From contig CALNCU010000316.1 in NCBI GenBank assembly GCA_937875395.1, forward strand, positions 1 to 63,647: DNA of 63,647 nt. Reading direction: 5' to 3'. Position numbers and translations under genes: made by a program. Each line of letters begins with the position of its first letter. The first letter of the stretch is position 1. The stretch is from an uncultured Armatimonadetes bacterium (GTDB lineage: Bacteria; Armatimonadota; UBA5829; DTJY01). The notes beneath the pieces were generated by a model. It saw nothing but the letters and a program-made list of their open reading frames with translations. It had not been told where the DNA came from and ran no database searches. Shown piece by piece: positions 29,242 to 38,996 of the stretch.

Positions 29242-30180
29242 ATGGGCTTAAAAAGGAAGGATATCCTTGGCCTGCAGGAGATGTCGCCGGATGAGATAGA
29301 GACCATCTTAGAGACGGCGCTCTCATTCAAGGAAATTTTAACCCGCAAAGTAAAAAAAGTTCCCACGCTGCGCGGCCGGTCTATTATTACACTCTTTTTT
29401 GAACCCAGCACCCGCACCAGAACCTCTTTTGAGATGGCCGGGAAGATAATGAGCGCAGATGTATCAAGCATAGCCATGGCAAACAGCAGCGTTGTTAAGG
29501 GCGAATGCTTAAAAGACACCATTCTCACACTCCAGGCCATGAAACCGGACCTCTTTATAGTACGGCACCAGGCCTCCGGCGCGCCGCATTTTATAGCCGG
29601 CATGGTAAAAGAATCCGTAATCAACGCCGGCGACGGCATGCACGAACACCCCAGCCAGGGACTTCTGGACATGCTTACCATCATAGAAAAAAAAGGCCGC
29701 CTGGACGGACTTACCGTTGCCATTGTGGGCGATATCCTCCACAGCCGGGTGGCAAGGTCTAACATGTGGGGGCTCACCAAAATGGGCGCAAAGGTGCGTT
29801 TTGTGGGGCCGGAGACGCTTATCCCATCAGAGGCCAAAAATCTGCCGGTAGAGGTTTACACAAACGTAGAAGAAGGCATAAAGGGCGCCGATGTAGTGAA
29901 CGTGCTCAGAATCCAGCGTGAGAGGATGACGGGCGGGCTGCTTCCAAGCACCAGGGAATACTCCCGCCTGTTTGGCATAACAAAAGAACGCTTAAAACTT
30001 GCCAAAGACAATGCAATATTTATGCACCCGGGCCCAATGAACAGAGGCGTAGAAATAATGCCGGACGTGGCAGATTCTGATATTTCCATGGTCACGGAAC
30101 AGGTGACAAACGGGGTTGCCGTAAGAATGGCAATGCTTTACCATCTCCTTGGAGGCACTGAAGATGCAGTTGTTGCTTAA
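29242..30180 (+). CDS. pyrB: Aspartate carbamoyltransferase catalytic subunit
   Basis: FFEPSTRTRTSFE, HPSQ and HPGPMNRG motifs. Confidence 0.95.
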   Translation: MGLKRKDILGLQEMSPDEIETILETALSFKEILTRKVKKVPTLRGRSIITLFFEPSTRTRTSFEMAGKIMSADVSSIAMANSSVVKGECLKDTILTLQAMKPDLFIVRHQASGAPHFIAGMVKESVINAGDGMHEHPSQGLLDMLTIIEKKGRLDGLTVAIVGDILHSRVARSNMWGLTKMGAKVRFVGPETLIPSEAKNLPVEVYTNVEEGIKGADVVNVLRIQRERMTGGLLPSTREYSRLFGITKERLKLAKDNAIFMHPGPMNRGVEIMPDVADSDISMVTEQVTNGVAVRMAMLYHLLGGTEDAVVA

Positions 30181-31459
30181 AGGCGGACGGGTTATAGACC
30201 CGCTTGCAGGTGTAGATAGAGCGGCGGATGTTCTGGTAGAGGACGGAAGAGTTTCCGCCGTAGGTGCCGCGCCGGATGCCAAAATCCCCGCGGAGTGCGT
30301 GGTAGACGTCTCCGGCAAGCTGGTGCTTCCGGGGCTTATAGATATGCACGTGCACCTGCGGGAACCCGGCCTTGAACATAAGGAAGACATAGAAACCGGC
30401 TCCCGAGCCGCGGCAGCGGGCGGATTTACCGGCGTGGCGGCAATGCCCAACACCATACCGGTTACAGATAACCGCCCAATTGTAGAATATATCTGCAAAA
30501 GGGGCCGGGACGTAGGCCTTGCCAGAGTATGCCCCATAGGCGCCGTCACAAAGGGCCTTCTGGGAGAGTCCATGGCAGAGATAGGGGAGATGGTGGAAGG
30601 CGGCGCAGTTGCCTTCTCAGACGATGCTTTTCCGCTGGCAGACTCCGGGCTTATGCGGCACGTTATGGAATACTGCCGCATGTTTAACGTACCCGTGATA
30701 CTGCATTGTGAAGATAAATCCCTTGCCGGCGACGGCCTTATGAACGAGGGGCTTACATCTACCATGCTTGGATTACGAGGCATCCCGGACGAGGTGGAAG
30801 AAATTTCAACCGCCCGCAACATTCTGCTTGCCAGGCTCACCGGATGCAGAACGCACATAGCGCATGTAAGCACAAAGGGCGCAGTTGAACTCATCCGGCG
30901 CGCCAAGGAGGACGGTATACCGGTCACATGCGAAACGTGCCCGCAGTACTTTACCCTTACGGACGAATTAGTAGTTGGTTACAACACAAATGCCAAGGTA
31001 AGCCCGCCGCTTAGAACAGCCGAAGATGTAGAGGCGGTGAAAGCCGGGCTTGCAGACGGCACAATAGATGTTATAGCAACAGACCATGCCCCGCACGCCA
31101 TAGAAGAAAAAGAGGCGGAATTTGCGGTTGCGCCTCCCGGCATAATAGGGCTGGAGACATCGGTAGGGCTTGTAATGACAGAGCTTGTGGCGCCCGGAAT
31201 CCTTAGCGATGTCCAGGCATTTGAGAAGATGACCGCAACTCCGGCAAAGATTCTAGGAATCCCCGGCGGCACCCTGGCAAAAGGAGCCGTTGCAGATATT
31301 ACCGTAATAGACCCGGCCCGGGAATGGGTTGTTAGGCCGGAGGAGTTAAAATCCAAATCAAAAAACACGCCGTTCGGCGGCAGAAGCCTCTGTGGAAAGG
31401 CAGCTCTAACCATCCTTGGCGGCAAAGTAGTCTGCCGGGATGGAGAGATTGTTGAATGA
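30164..31459 (+). CDS. pyrC: Dihydroorotase
   Basis: DMHVHLREPG and TDHAPH motifs. The ATG at 30164 has GGAGG 8 nt upstream and overlaps the pyrB 3' end by 17 nt. Confidence 0.93.
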   Translation: MQLLLKGGRVIDPLAGVDRAADVLVEDGRVSAVGAAPDAKIPAECVVDVSGKLVLPGLIDMHVHLREPGLEHKEDIETGSRAAAAGGFTGVAAMPNTIPVTDNRPIVEYICKRGRDVGLARVCPIGAVTKGLLGESMAEIGEMVEGGAVAFSDDAFPLADSGLMRHVMEYCRMFNVPVILHCEDKSLAGDGLMNEGLTSTMLGLRGIPDEVEEISTARNILLARLTGCRTHIAHVSTKGAVELIRRAKEDGIPVTCETCPQYFTLTDELVVGYNTNAKVSPPLRTAEDVEAVKAGLADGTIDVIATDHAPHAIEEKEAEFAVAPPGIIGLETSVGLVMTELVAPGILSDVQAFEKMTATPAKILGIPGGTLAKGAVADITVIDPAREWVVRPEELKSKSKNTPFGGRSLCGKAALTILGGKVVCRDGEIVE

Positions 31460-31544
31460 TTTTGCAGGGGCAAATCTCAATGCCCGCCCGGTTCCGGTGC
31501 CAATCACCGCATAACGCAAGTGTAAGATAAAGAGGAGCAGGAGT

Positions 31545-32645
31545 TTGAAGAGAGCTATTCTGGTATTAGAAGATGGAACAAGTTTTGAGGGAGTCTCCAT
31601 AGGCGCCACGGGCACCACGCTGGGCGAAGTTGTGTTCAGCACCTGCATGACGGGCTACCAGGAGATGCTGATGGATCCGGCATACGCGGGGCAGCTCCTC
31701 ACGCTCACTTACCCGCTTATAGGAAACTACGGCGTATCGCCGGAAGATTTTGAATCAAAGCGGGTACAGGTTGAGGGATTAATTGTAAAAGAACTCTGCC
31801 GGTGGCCCAGCAACTGGCGGTCAAACGGCAGCCTGCAGGATTTTCTGGCAGGTCACGGCGTTGTAGGGATTAGCGGAATAGATACAAGACGCCTCACCAA
31901 GCACATTAGGGATGCCGGTGTTATGATGGGTGCCATCTCTACGGAATCCACCAGGGCGGAGGCGCTAAAAACCATAAAGAGCGTGCCGGGATACGGCTCA
32001 ACAGATTTTGCAAAAAGAGTATCAACAGAAAACCCCTACGTTTGGCATAGGGATGCCAAGGTAAAGGGTCGCAAATACAACATAGTAGTTTTAGACCTTG
32101 GGGTAAAATACAGTATAATCCGAAGCCTTGCCGCCATGGGGTGCGAGGTTACGGTATATCCGTGCGATGCAACCGCAGACCAGGTGCTGAAAGGCAACCC
32201 GGACGGAGTGCTCATCTCTCCCGGCCCGGGCGATCCGGCGCTTCTTGATTATGCGCAGGAGACGGTAAAAGGGCTTATAGGGAAGAAGCCAGTCATGGGG
32301 GTCTGCCTGGGGCACCAGCTCCTGGGGAGGGCCTTCGGCGGCCGAACGTTCAAGCTTAAGTTTGGACACCGCGGTGCAAACACTCCGGTAAAAGACCTGG
32401 AGACGGGCAGGGTATACATTACCTCCCAGAACCACGGCTATGCGGTGGATGCAGACAGCCTTAAGGGTTCCGATCTGCAGGTTACCCAAATAAATTTAAA
32501 CGATGGAACCGTTGAGGGAATGAAGCACAGCCGGCTTCCCATCTTCTCAATACAGTACTACCCGGAGTCATCGCCGGGGCCTATGAACAGCAAAAATCCC
32601 TTCGGCAGATTTTTAGACATAATAGAAAGTTCAGGTAAAGAGTAA
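31545..32645 (+). CDS. carA: Carbamoyl-phosphate synthase small (glutaminase) subunit
   Basis: [17 protein letters not shown]-terminus and the GATase Cys in [12 protein letters not shown] start. Confidence 0.95.
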   Translation: MKRAILVLEDGTSFEGVSIGATGTTLGEVVFSTCMTGYQEMLMDPAYAGQLLTLTYPLIGNYGVSPEDFESKRVQVEGLIVKELCRWPSNWRSNGSLQDFLAGHGVVGISGIDTRRLTKHIRDAGVMMGAISTESTRAEALKTIKSVPGYGSTDFAKRVSTENPYVWHRDAKVKGRKYNIVVLDLGVKYSIIRSLAAMGCEVTVYPCDATADQVLKGNPDGVLISPGPGDPALLDYAQETVKGLIGKKPVMGVCLGHQLLGRAFGGRTFKLKFGHRGANTPVKDLETGRVYITSQNHGYAVDADSLKGSDLQVTQINLNDGTVEGMKHSRLPIFSIQYYPESSPGPMNSKNPFGRFLDIIESSGKE

Positions 32646-35600
32646 TGCCCAGGCGAAAAGATATAAAGAAGGTAATGGTTGTAGGCAGCGGGCCCATAAT
32701 AATAGGGCAGGCGGCAGAGTTTGACTATGCGGGCACACAGGCCTGCCAGGCGCTCAGAGAAGAGGGGATAGAGGTAATCCTCATAAATTCCAACCCGGCA
32801 ACTATTATGACTGATACCGGGATTGCAGATAAAGTCTACATAGAGCCGCTTAACGTGGAGTTTGCCACACGCATTATAGAGCAGGAACGCCCGGACGGAC
32901 TGCTCCCCACGCTTGGCGGGCAGACGGGCCTGAACCTTGCAACAGAGCTTGCCATGCAGGGGGTTCTGGACAAGTACGGCGTTGAGATGCTGGGCACGCC
33001 GCTTGCATCCATACAGAAGGCAGAAGATAGAGAACACTTCCGCAAGCTGATGCAGGAGATTGGAGAGCCGGTGCCGGAGAGCTGGATTATAGAGAGCGAA
33101 GAAGAGTTGCGCCGCATCTCTAAAACAGCCCCGTATCCGCTAATAGTACGCCCCGCATACACTCTTGGGGGCACAGGCGGCGGAGTGGCAAACACCGTTG
33201 AAGAATTAATGGAGATAGGCGTGCGCGGGCTTAAGCTCTCCATGCGTCACCAGATTCTTGTAGAACGCTGCCTCCTGGGATGGAAAGAGATAGAGTACGA
33301 GGTAATGCGCGACGGCGCAGATAACAGCATTGCCATATGCAATATGGAAAACCTGGACCCTATGGGCGTCCACACGGGAGATTCCATAGTTATTGCGCCC
33401 AGCCAGACCCTCTCTGATAAAGAATACCAGCTGCTTAAAGGCGCATCCTTAAAGATTATCCGCGCGCTTGGGATTCAGGGCGGCTGCAACGTGCAGATGG
33501 CTCTATCGCCCTCAAGCATGGAGTACTACATAATAGAAGTAAACCCCAGGGTAAGCCGGTCATCGGCGTTGGCATCAAAGGCTACCGGGTACCCCATTGC
33601 AAGGGTCTCCGCCAAGATTGCCGTAGGACTCACGCTGGATGAAATACCCAACGCCGTTACAAAAAAGACCCTGGCCTGCTTTGAACCGGCGCTTGATTAC
33701 TGTGTAATAAAAGTCCCCCGCTGGCCGTTTGACAAGTTTGTGGGCGCAGACAGAACCATAAGCACCCAGATGAAGGCCACGGGCGAAGTTATGTCTATAG
33801 ACCGCAGCTTTGAGTCTGCACTTATGAAGGCCATCCGCTCCACGGAGATAGGGATGCACTCTCTCCGCCATAAGAATGCCAACCTGTGGAGCGCCATGGA
33901 GATAGAAGAGAAGATTAAGAACCCCAATGATGAACGCCTTTTTGTAATTGCAGAGGCCTTCCGCCGCGGCACCATGATGGAGGAGATTGCAGAACTCTCC
34001 AGCATAGACCCCTGGTTCCTACGGGGGATAGAACGCCTTGTACGCATGGAAGAGAACCTGCGCAGCCACGCCGCAGAGTTTAGAGAACTTGCAAGCCAGC
34101 CCGGCCTGCCGGAGATGCGGGAGAACACCGTAGTCAAGCTGCTCAGAAGCTGCAAAAAGCTGGGCTTCCCGGACAGGCTTATAGCAGAACTGGTTGGTAT
34201 GGATGAACTTCAGATAAGGGAGTTCAGAAAATCCATGGGGATTCTGCCCACCTACAAGATGGTAGATACCTGCGCGGCAGAGTTTGAGGCGCAGACCCCC
34301 TACTTCTACTCCTGCTATGAAGATGAGGATGAGGCAGAAACCTTTATACCTATTAGCACAAAGGAAGCCGGGGGAGGCAGAAAGAAGGCAATAGTAATAG
34401 GCTCCGGCCCTATACGCATAGGGCAGGGGATAGAGTTTGACTACTGCAGCGTTCACTCCGTATGGGCGCTTAGGGATGCCGGTTACGAATCAATAATCAT
34501 AAACAACAACCCGGAGACCGTAAGTACAGATTTTGACACATCAGACAAGCTCTACTTTGAGCCGCTCACCCCTGAAGATGTGCTCAACGTAATAGACATA
34601 GAGCGTCCGGAGGGCGTTATAGTACAGTTTGGCGGGCAGACCGCCATCAATCTGGCAGAACCGCTCACAAAGGCCGGGGTGAAGATACTCGGCTCCTCCT
34701 TTGAATCTATTGACACAGCAGAGGATAGAGACAAGTTTGAGCGGATTCTGCGTGAACTTGATATCCCCAAGCCGGACGGGCGGGCGGTCACCTCTTCGGA
34801 AGAGGCCGTCAAGGTAGCGGAAGAGATAGGCTACCCGGTGCTGGTTCGCCCCTCATACGTACTTGGCGGACGGGCTATGGAGATAATAGGGAGCACGCAG
34901 GAACTTATAAGCTACATGACTTACGTGGTATCCGTCTCCCCCAACGCCCCCATATTGGTAGATAAGTACGTTGTGGGCAAGGAGGCAGAAGTAGACGTAA
35001 TTGCAGACGGCACAGACTGCCTTCTCCCCGGGATTATGGAGCATATAGAGCGGGCGGGCGTTCACTCCGGCGACAGCATGGCCGTGTACCCATCGCAGAC
35101 GCTCTCGCAGAGCGTACTTGACCAGATGGTGGAACACGGCATAAAGATATCCCGCGCCTTAAACGTAAAGGGCGTAATGAACATCCAGTACGTCATAGAA
35201 AATGATACGGCCTACATTCTAGAGGTGAACCCGCGTGCCAGCCGCACCGTGCCGTACCTCTCCAAGATTACAGGCATTCCCATGATTAAAGTAGCTACAA
35301 ATATTATGCTTGGCAAGACATTAAAAGAGCAGGGGTATAAGGGCGGGCTCTACCCGGCCCAGAAGAACATAACCGTGAAGGCCCCCGTCTTTTCCTTTGC
35401 CAAGCTTGTCAGGGTAGATATAGGCCTTGGCCCCGAGATGAAGTCCACCGGCGAGGTAATGGGCGTGGATGAAAGCTTCTCCAAGGCCCTGTATAAAGCC
35501 ATGATAGCTTCCGGCATAGACGTGCCCACAAAAGGCAGCATGATAGCAACCATAGCAGATGACGACAAGGCGGAGGCGCTCCCCATAATCCGGCAGTTTA

Positions 35601-35947
35601 CCGGCCTTGGGTTCTCTGTATATGCAACAGAGGGTACCGCAAAGTTCTTAAGAGAGAACGGTGTAGAGGCAGAGGCGGTGAACAAAATAAGCCAGGGTTC
35701 GCCAAACCTTATAGATCTTATCAGGAGCAGTAAGATAGACCTTCTAATAAACACCATCTGTAAAGATAAGCATATAGAGCGGGAGGGCTCCGTTATCCGC
35801 CGCGCATCCGTGGAGCACGGGATACCATGCCTTACCTCTTTAGATACGGCGCAGGCGCTTCTATACGCCCTGTCTTCCAGAAAAGAGGGAGAGACCTTCG
35901 GGTGCCTCACCATAGATAAATACGTGGTTGACAGAAGCAAGGGTTAG
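32645..35947 (+). CDS. carB: Carbamoyl-phosphate synthase large subunit
   Basis: 1100 aa with duplicated ATP-grasp halves and an MGS-like C-terminus. TAATG overlap with carA. Confidence 0.97.
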   Translation: MPRRKDIKKVMVVGSGPIIIGQAAEFDYAGTQACQALREEGIEVILINSNPATIMTDTGIADKVYIEPLNVEFATRIIEQERPDGLLPTLGGQTGLNLATELAMQGVLDKYGVEMLGTPLASIQKAEDREHFRKLMQEIGEPVPESWIIESEEELRRISKTAPYPLIVRPAYTLGGTGGGVANTVEELMEIGVRGLKLSMRHQILVERCLLGWKEIEYEVMRDGADNSIAICNMENLDPMGVHTGDSIVIAPSQTLSDKEYQLLKGASLKIIRALGIQGGCNVQMALSPSSMEYYIIEVNPRVSRSSALASKATGYPIARVSAKIAVGLTLDEIPNAVTKKTLACFEPALDYCVIKVPRWPFDKFVGADRTISTQMKATGEVMSIDRSFESALMKAIRSTEIGMHSLRHKNANLWSAMEIEEKIKNPNDERLFVIAEAFRRGTMMEEIAELSSIDPWFLRGIERLVRMEENLRSHAAEFRELASQPGLPEMRENTVVKLLRSCKKLGFPDRLIAELVGMDELQIREFRKSMGILPTYKMVDTCAAEFEAQTPYFYSCYEDEDEAETFIPISTKEAGGGRKKAIVIGSGPIRIGQGIEFDYCSVHSVWALRDAGYESIIINNNPETVSTDFDTSDKLYFEPLTPEDVLNVIDIERPEGVIVQFGGQTAINLAEPLTKAGVKILGSSFESIDTAEDRDKFERILRELDIPKPDGRAVTSSEEAVKVAEEIGYPVLVRPSYVLGGRAMEIIGSTQELISYMTYVVSVSPNAPILVDKYVVGKEAEVDVIADGTDCLLPGIMEHIERAGVHSGDSMAVYPSQTLSQSVLDQMVEHGIKISRALNVKGVMNIQYVIENDTAYILEVNPRASRTVPYLSKITGIPMIKVATNIMLGKTLKEQGYKGGLYPAQKNITVKAPVFSFAKLVRVDIGLGPEMKSTGEVMGVDESFSKALYKAMIASGIDVPTKGSMIATIADDDKAEALPIIRQFTGLGFSVYATEGTAKFLRENGVEAEAVNKISQGSPNLIDLIRSSKIDLLINTICKDKHIEREGSVIRRASVEHGIPCLTSLDTAQALLYALSSRKEGETFGCLTIDKYVVDRSKG

Positions 35948-35950
35948 CAG

Positions 35951-36000
35951 CCGCCGGGTGATACCTCGGTTGCAAAGCCGGAGACGCCGCTGCCGGAGCC
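35951..36000 (+). repeat. Structured intergenic repeat, copy C (single diverged unit, no terminal hairpin)
   Basis: GATACCTCGGTTGCAAAGCCGGAGACGCCGCTGCCGGAGC at 35960-35999. The 3' arm contains the GGAG (35995-35998) that serves as the pyrK Shine-Dalgarno sequence. Confidence 0.75.
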
Positions 36001-36007
36001 AAAAATT

Positions 36008-36808
36008 ATGAGCATATATAATCTACCAATAATAAGTCAGGAAGAAGCCGGACGCCGGACGCATAAACTTGTGCTCCGTGCGCCGGAGCTTGCCGGTGCA
36101 TGCGCTCCCGGGCAGTTTGTGCACGTACTCTGCGGAACATATCACGATCCGCTCCTCAGGCGCCCCATAAGCGTGCATAATGCAGATGTAAAAGAGGGAA
36201 CCATCACCCTTCTGTATGAAGTAAAGGGCAGAGGAACGGCGCTCCTTGCCGCAAAGCGCCCCGGCGAATATGCAAATGTATTTGGCCCGCTTGGGCAGGG
36301 ATTTAAGCTTCCGAATACATGCGGAAGCCCAATACTCCTTCTTGGGGGCGGGATAGGCTCCGCTCCGCTCTACTTTCTTGCCAGGCGAATCTCTGAAACC
36401 GTAGGCTGCCAAACATCCACCTTCATGCTAGGCGCACAAAATTGTGATTCCATGGTCTGCCGGGAGGAGTTTGCCGCCCTTGGCCCGGATATCCGCCTTG
36501 CAACGGATGACGGCTCGCTGGGCTGCCGCGGGTTTGTGACAGAACTTTTTGCAGAGTATCTTGCTTCTTCAGAGAGTAGCACTCCGCCGCTGGTCTACGC
36601 ATGCGGGCCAACCCCCATGCTTAAGGCGGTTGCGCTTATTGCAAACAAACACAACCTCCCCTGCCAGGTATCCCTTGAGGCAAAAATGGCCTGCGGAGTG
36701 GGCGCCTGCATGAGCTGCGTCGTCCGCGTGAAGGATGGCGGCGGTGAAAAGTACGTCCGCTGCTGCAAGGAAGGCCCGGTCTTTGATGCCAAGGAGGTTG
36801 TATGGTAG
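36008..36808 (+). CDS. pyrK: Dihydroorotate dehydrogenase B electron-transfer subunit
   Basis: FAD/NAD-binding fold and the C-terminal 2Fe-2S motif CGVGACMSCV. Confidence 0.9.
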   Translation: MSIYNLPIISQEEAGRRTHKLVLRAPELAGACAPGQFVHVLCGTYHDPLLRRPISVHNADVKEGTITLLYEVKGRGTALLAAKRPGEYANVFGPLGQGFKLPNTCGSPILLLGGGIGSAPLYFLARRISETVGCQTSTFMLGAQNCDSMVCREEFAALGPDIRLATDDGSLGCRGFVTELFAEYLASSESSTPPLVYACGPTPMLKAVALIANKHNLPCQVSLEAKMACGVGACMSCVVRVKDGGGEKYVRCCKEGPVFDAKEVVW

Positions 36809-37734
36809 CAGAGAATAACCGGCTTAAAACAGAGATAGCCGGGATTAGCATGAAGAACCCGGTTATGGTTGCATCCGGGACGTTCGGTTTTGGGCGGGAG
36901 TATGCAGATTTTATAAATATAGAAGAACTTGGCGCCATAGTAACCAAAGGCACATCCCTTCTGCCGTGGCCCGGCAACCCGCCGGATAGAATTGCAGAGA
37001 CTCCGGCCGGCATGCTTAACGCCATAGGTCTGCAAAACGATGGGGTGGAGAGCCTTATATCAGAGAAGCTCCCCTGGCTCCGCCAGTTTGATGTGGCGGT
37101 TATTGTGAACGTTGTGGGCAAAACTCTGGATGAGTACGCAGAGGTTGCGCGCCGCCTGGACGGCGTCCCCGGTATCTGCGGCCTGGAGATAAATATTTCC
37201 TGCCCAAACGTAAAAGAGGGCTGCATAGCCTTTGGTACGGATGCCGGGATGACGGCGGCCGTGGTAGGCTCCGTAAAAGCAGCCACAAAGCTGCCGGTTA
37301 TCCCCAAACTCTCTCCCAACGTGACGGATATTGCTGCCATGGCCCATGTGTGCGAAGATTCCGGCGCAGATGCCGTGTCTCTAATAAACACTCTTATGGG
37401 TACATCCATAGATGCGGAGACTCGCACATTCCGGCTTGCAAACATTACGGGCGGCCTCTCCGGGCCTGCCATAAAACCGGTGGCCCTAAGGATGGTCTGG
37501 CAGGCGGCGGGGGCGGTGAGCATCCCCGTTATAGGCATGGGCGGAATCTCTTGCGCCCAGGATGCCGTGGAGTTTATGCTTGCCGGCGCATCTGCGGTGC
37601 AGGTGGGCACAGCAAACTTTATTAATCCAAATGCCGGGCCAAAGATAGCCCGCGGGATAGATGATTACCTTGCACGGCACAATTTTGAGCATGTGAAGGA
37701 TATTGTAGGCGCCGTGAAGTCAAATAATCTGTAA
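36802..37734 (+). CDS. pyrD: Dihydroorotate dehydrogenase B catalytic subunit
   Basis: Class 1B motifs NISCPNV and GGLSGPAIKP. 7-nt overlap with pyrK. Confidence 0.95.
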   Translation: MVAENNRLKTEIAGISMKNPVMVASGTFGFGREYADFINIEELGAIVTKGTSLLPWPGNPPDRIAETPAGMLNAIGLQNDGVESLISEKLPWLRQFDVAVIVNVVGKTLDEYAEVARRLDGVPGICGLEINISCPNVKEGCIAFGTDAGMTAAVVGSVKAATKLPVIPKLSPNVTDIAAMAHVCEDSGADAVSLINTLMGTSIDAETRTFRLANITGGLSGPAIKPVALRMVWQAAGAVSIPVIGMGGISCAQDAVEFMLAGASAVQVGTANFINPNAGPKIARGIDDYLARHNFEHVKDIVGAVKSNNL

Positions 37735-37815
37735 TATTTGCAAATCCGGGTTCACCAAATTAATCAAGGCGGCTTATGCTTTGGCTCGCGAGTGCAAGTA
37801 CGCCGCCGCCGGAGC
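37735..37815 (+). repeat. Structured intergenic repeat, copy F (degenerate; the hairpin-like piece comes first, then a diverged unit)
   Basis: TTTGCAAATCCGGGTTCAC matches the copy-E terminal hairpin sequence CTTGCAAATCCAGGTTTAC. The unit GCTTTGGCTCGCGAGTGCAAGTACGCCGCCGCCGGAGC ends at 37815. Confidence 0.6.
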
Positions 37816-37861
37816 TTTTGCAGCTTTTTGACTGCGGCAACAGGATATACAGGAGAGGTTT

Positions 37862-38581
37862 ATGGCGGCAAAGGATAAAATAATTCTGGCACTGGATGTA
37901 AGCAGTGAGAGGGAAGCAGTAGAGCTTGTAACAGAGCTTAAAGATTGCGTGGGAGCCTTTAAGATAGGCCTGGAACTTTTTACATCCCTTGGCCCGCGGA
38001 TAATAGAGGCCGTGAAGAATGCCGGCGCAGAGCGAATTTTCTTTGACGGCAAATTCCATGATATCCCCAACACCGTTGCCGGTGCCGCCCGCGCCGCCGC
38101 CCGGATGGGCGTGTGGATGATGAACGTGCACGCATCCGGCGGGTCTGCCATGATGGCGGCCGCCCGTGATGCCGCCGCAGATGAGGCGGATAAGCTGGGC
38201 ATACCGGCCCCTGTCATAATAGCCGTTACCGTTCTTACAAGTATAAACGCAGAGACTCTGCAGCACGAACTCTCTGTTCCCGTGCTGCTTCAAAACCAGG
38301 TCTCACACCTGGCGCAACTGGCGCAGAACGCCGGGTTGGACGGCGTGGTGGCCTCCCCTCATGAGATTGCGGCAGTCAAAGATACCTGCGGGCCGGAGTT
38401 TATGGTGGTTACACCGGGCGTCCGTCCAGCATGGGCCGCCACAAATGACCAGAAGAGGATTATGACGCCGGGCGATGCGGTGGCAGGCGGGGCGGATTAT
38501 ATTGTAATAGGCCGGGCAATCACCGCTGCAGATGACCGCCGCCTGGCCGCAGAGGCCATTATTGCAGAGATAGGCGGCTAG
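37862..38581 (+). CDS. pyrF: Orotidine 5'-phosphate decarboxylase
   Basis: ILALDV and FFDGKFHDIPNT motifs, 239 aa. Confidence 0.93.
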   Translation: MAAKDKIILALDVSSEREAVELVTELKDCVGAFKIGLELFTSLGPRIIEAVKNAGAERIFFDGKFHDIPNTVAGAARAAARMGVWMMNVHASGGSAMMAAARDAAADEADKLGIPAPVIIAVTVLTSINAETLQHELSVPVLLQNQVSHLAQLAQNAGLDGVVASPHEIAAVKDTCGPEFMVVTPGVRPAWAATNDQKRIMTPGDAVAGGADYIVIGRAITAADDRRLAAEAIIAEIGG

Positions 38582-38606
38582 TAGGCGTGTAAACTTAATT
38601 GTGTCT

Positions 38607-38808
38607 GCGATACCCCGTTCGCAAAGCGAAGTGCGCTGCTGCCAAAGCAAGGTGCATCAACCCGTGGGGCGATACTTCGGTCGCAGAGTGCCTTGGCACG
38701 TCGCTGCCGAAGCAAGGGGTATTACCCCCGGGAAGATACTTCGGTCGCAGAGCACTTTAGTGCGCCGCTGCCGAAGCCATGTTTAAACTTACAAATTCAA
38801 GTTTACAG
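38607..38808 (+). repeat. Structured intergenic repeat, copy D: tandem array of three units (38609-38648 diverged, 38671-38713, 38735-38777) plus a terminal hairpin (38782-38808)
   Basis: Units 2 and 3 have identical flanks but different apical hairpins (GTGCC-TT-GGCAC versus GCACT-TT-AGTGC). The terminal sequence is TTTAAACTTACAAATTCAAGTTTACAG. Confidence 0.9.
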
Positions 38809-38912
38809 ATTGGACACTAACAACCACGGAGAACCCTTGCCCAATACCTGGCCGCAGAGCAGATGCCTCAAATAAAAAAATGACCCCCAAACGCTGCAAG
38901 CCTCGCCGGGGC

Positions 38913-38942
38913 TTGACTCTTCTGCCTCATCCGTTCTATCAT
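38913..38942 (+). promoter_or_regulatory. Sigma-70-type promoter for argF
   Basis: TTGACT (38913-38918), an 18-nt spacer, then TATCAT (38937-38942). Confidence 0.5.
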
Positions 38943-38996
38943 ATACTCTGATCAGCAAGCATTAAGTATCCAGGAGAGTATGTTTTGGAAGATTTT

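Noticed and set aside
38607-38808. CRISPR-like array (repeated conserved sequence with variable inserts).
   Set aside because: The variable parts are only about 9-12 nt and are themselves self-complementary hairpins with compensatory changes. The arrays have at most 3 units, the copies are dispersed, and no cas genes are present.
38601-38875. ORFs 38601-38786 and 38693-38875 (60-61 aa) from the six-frame track.
   Set aside because: They consist entirely of the tandem intergenic repeat read in two frames. They have no RBS, and the same sequence is non-coding at the other loci.
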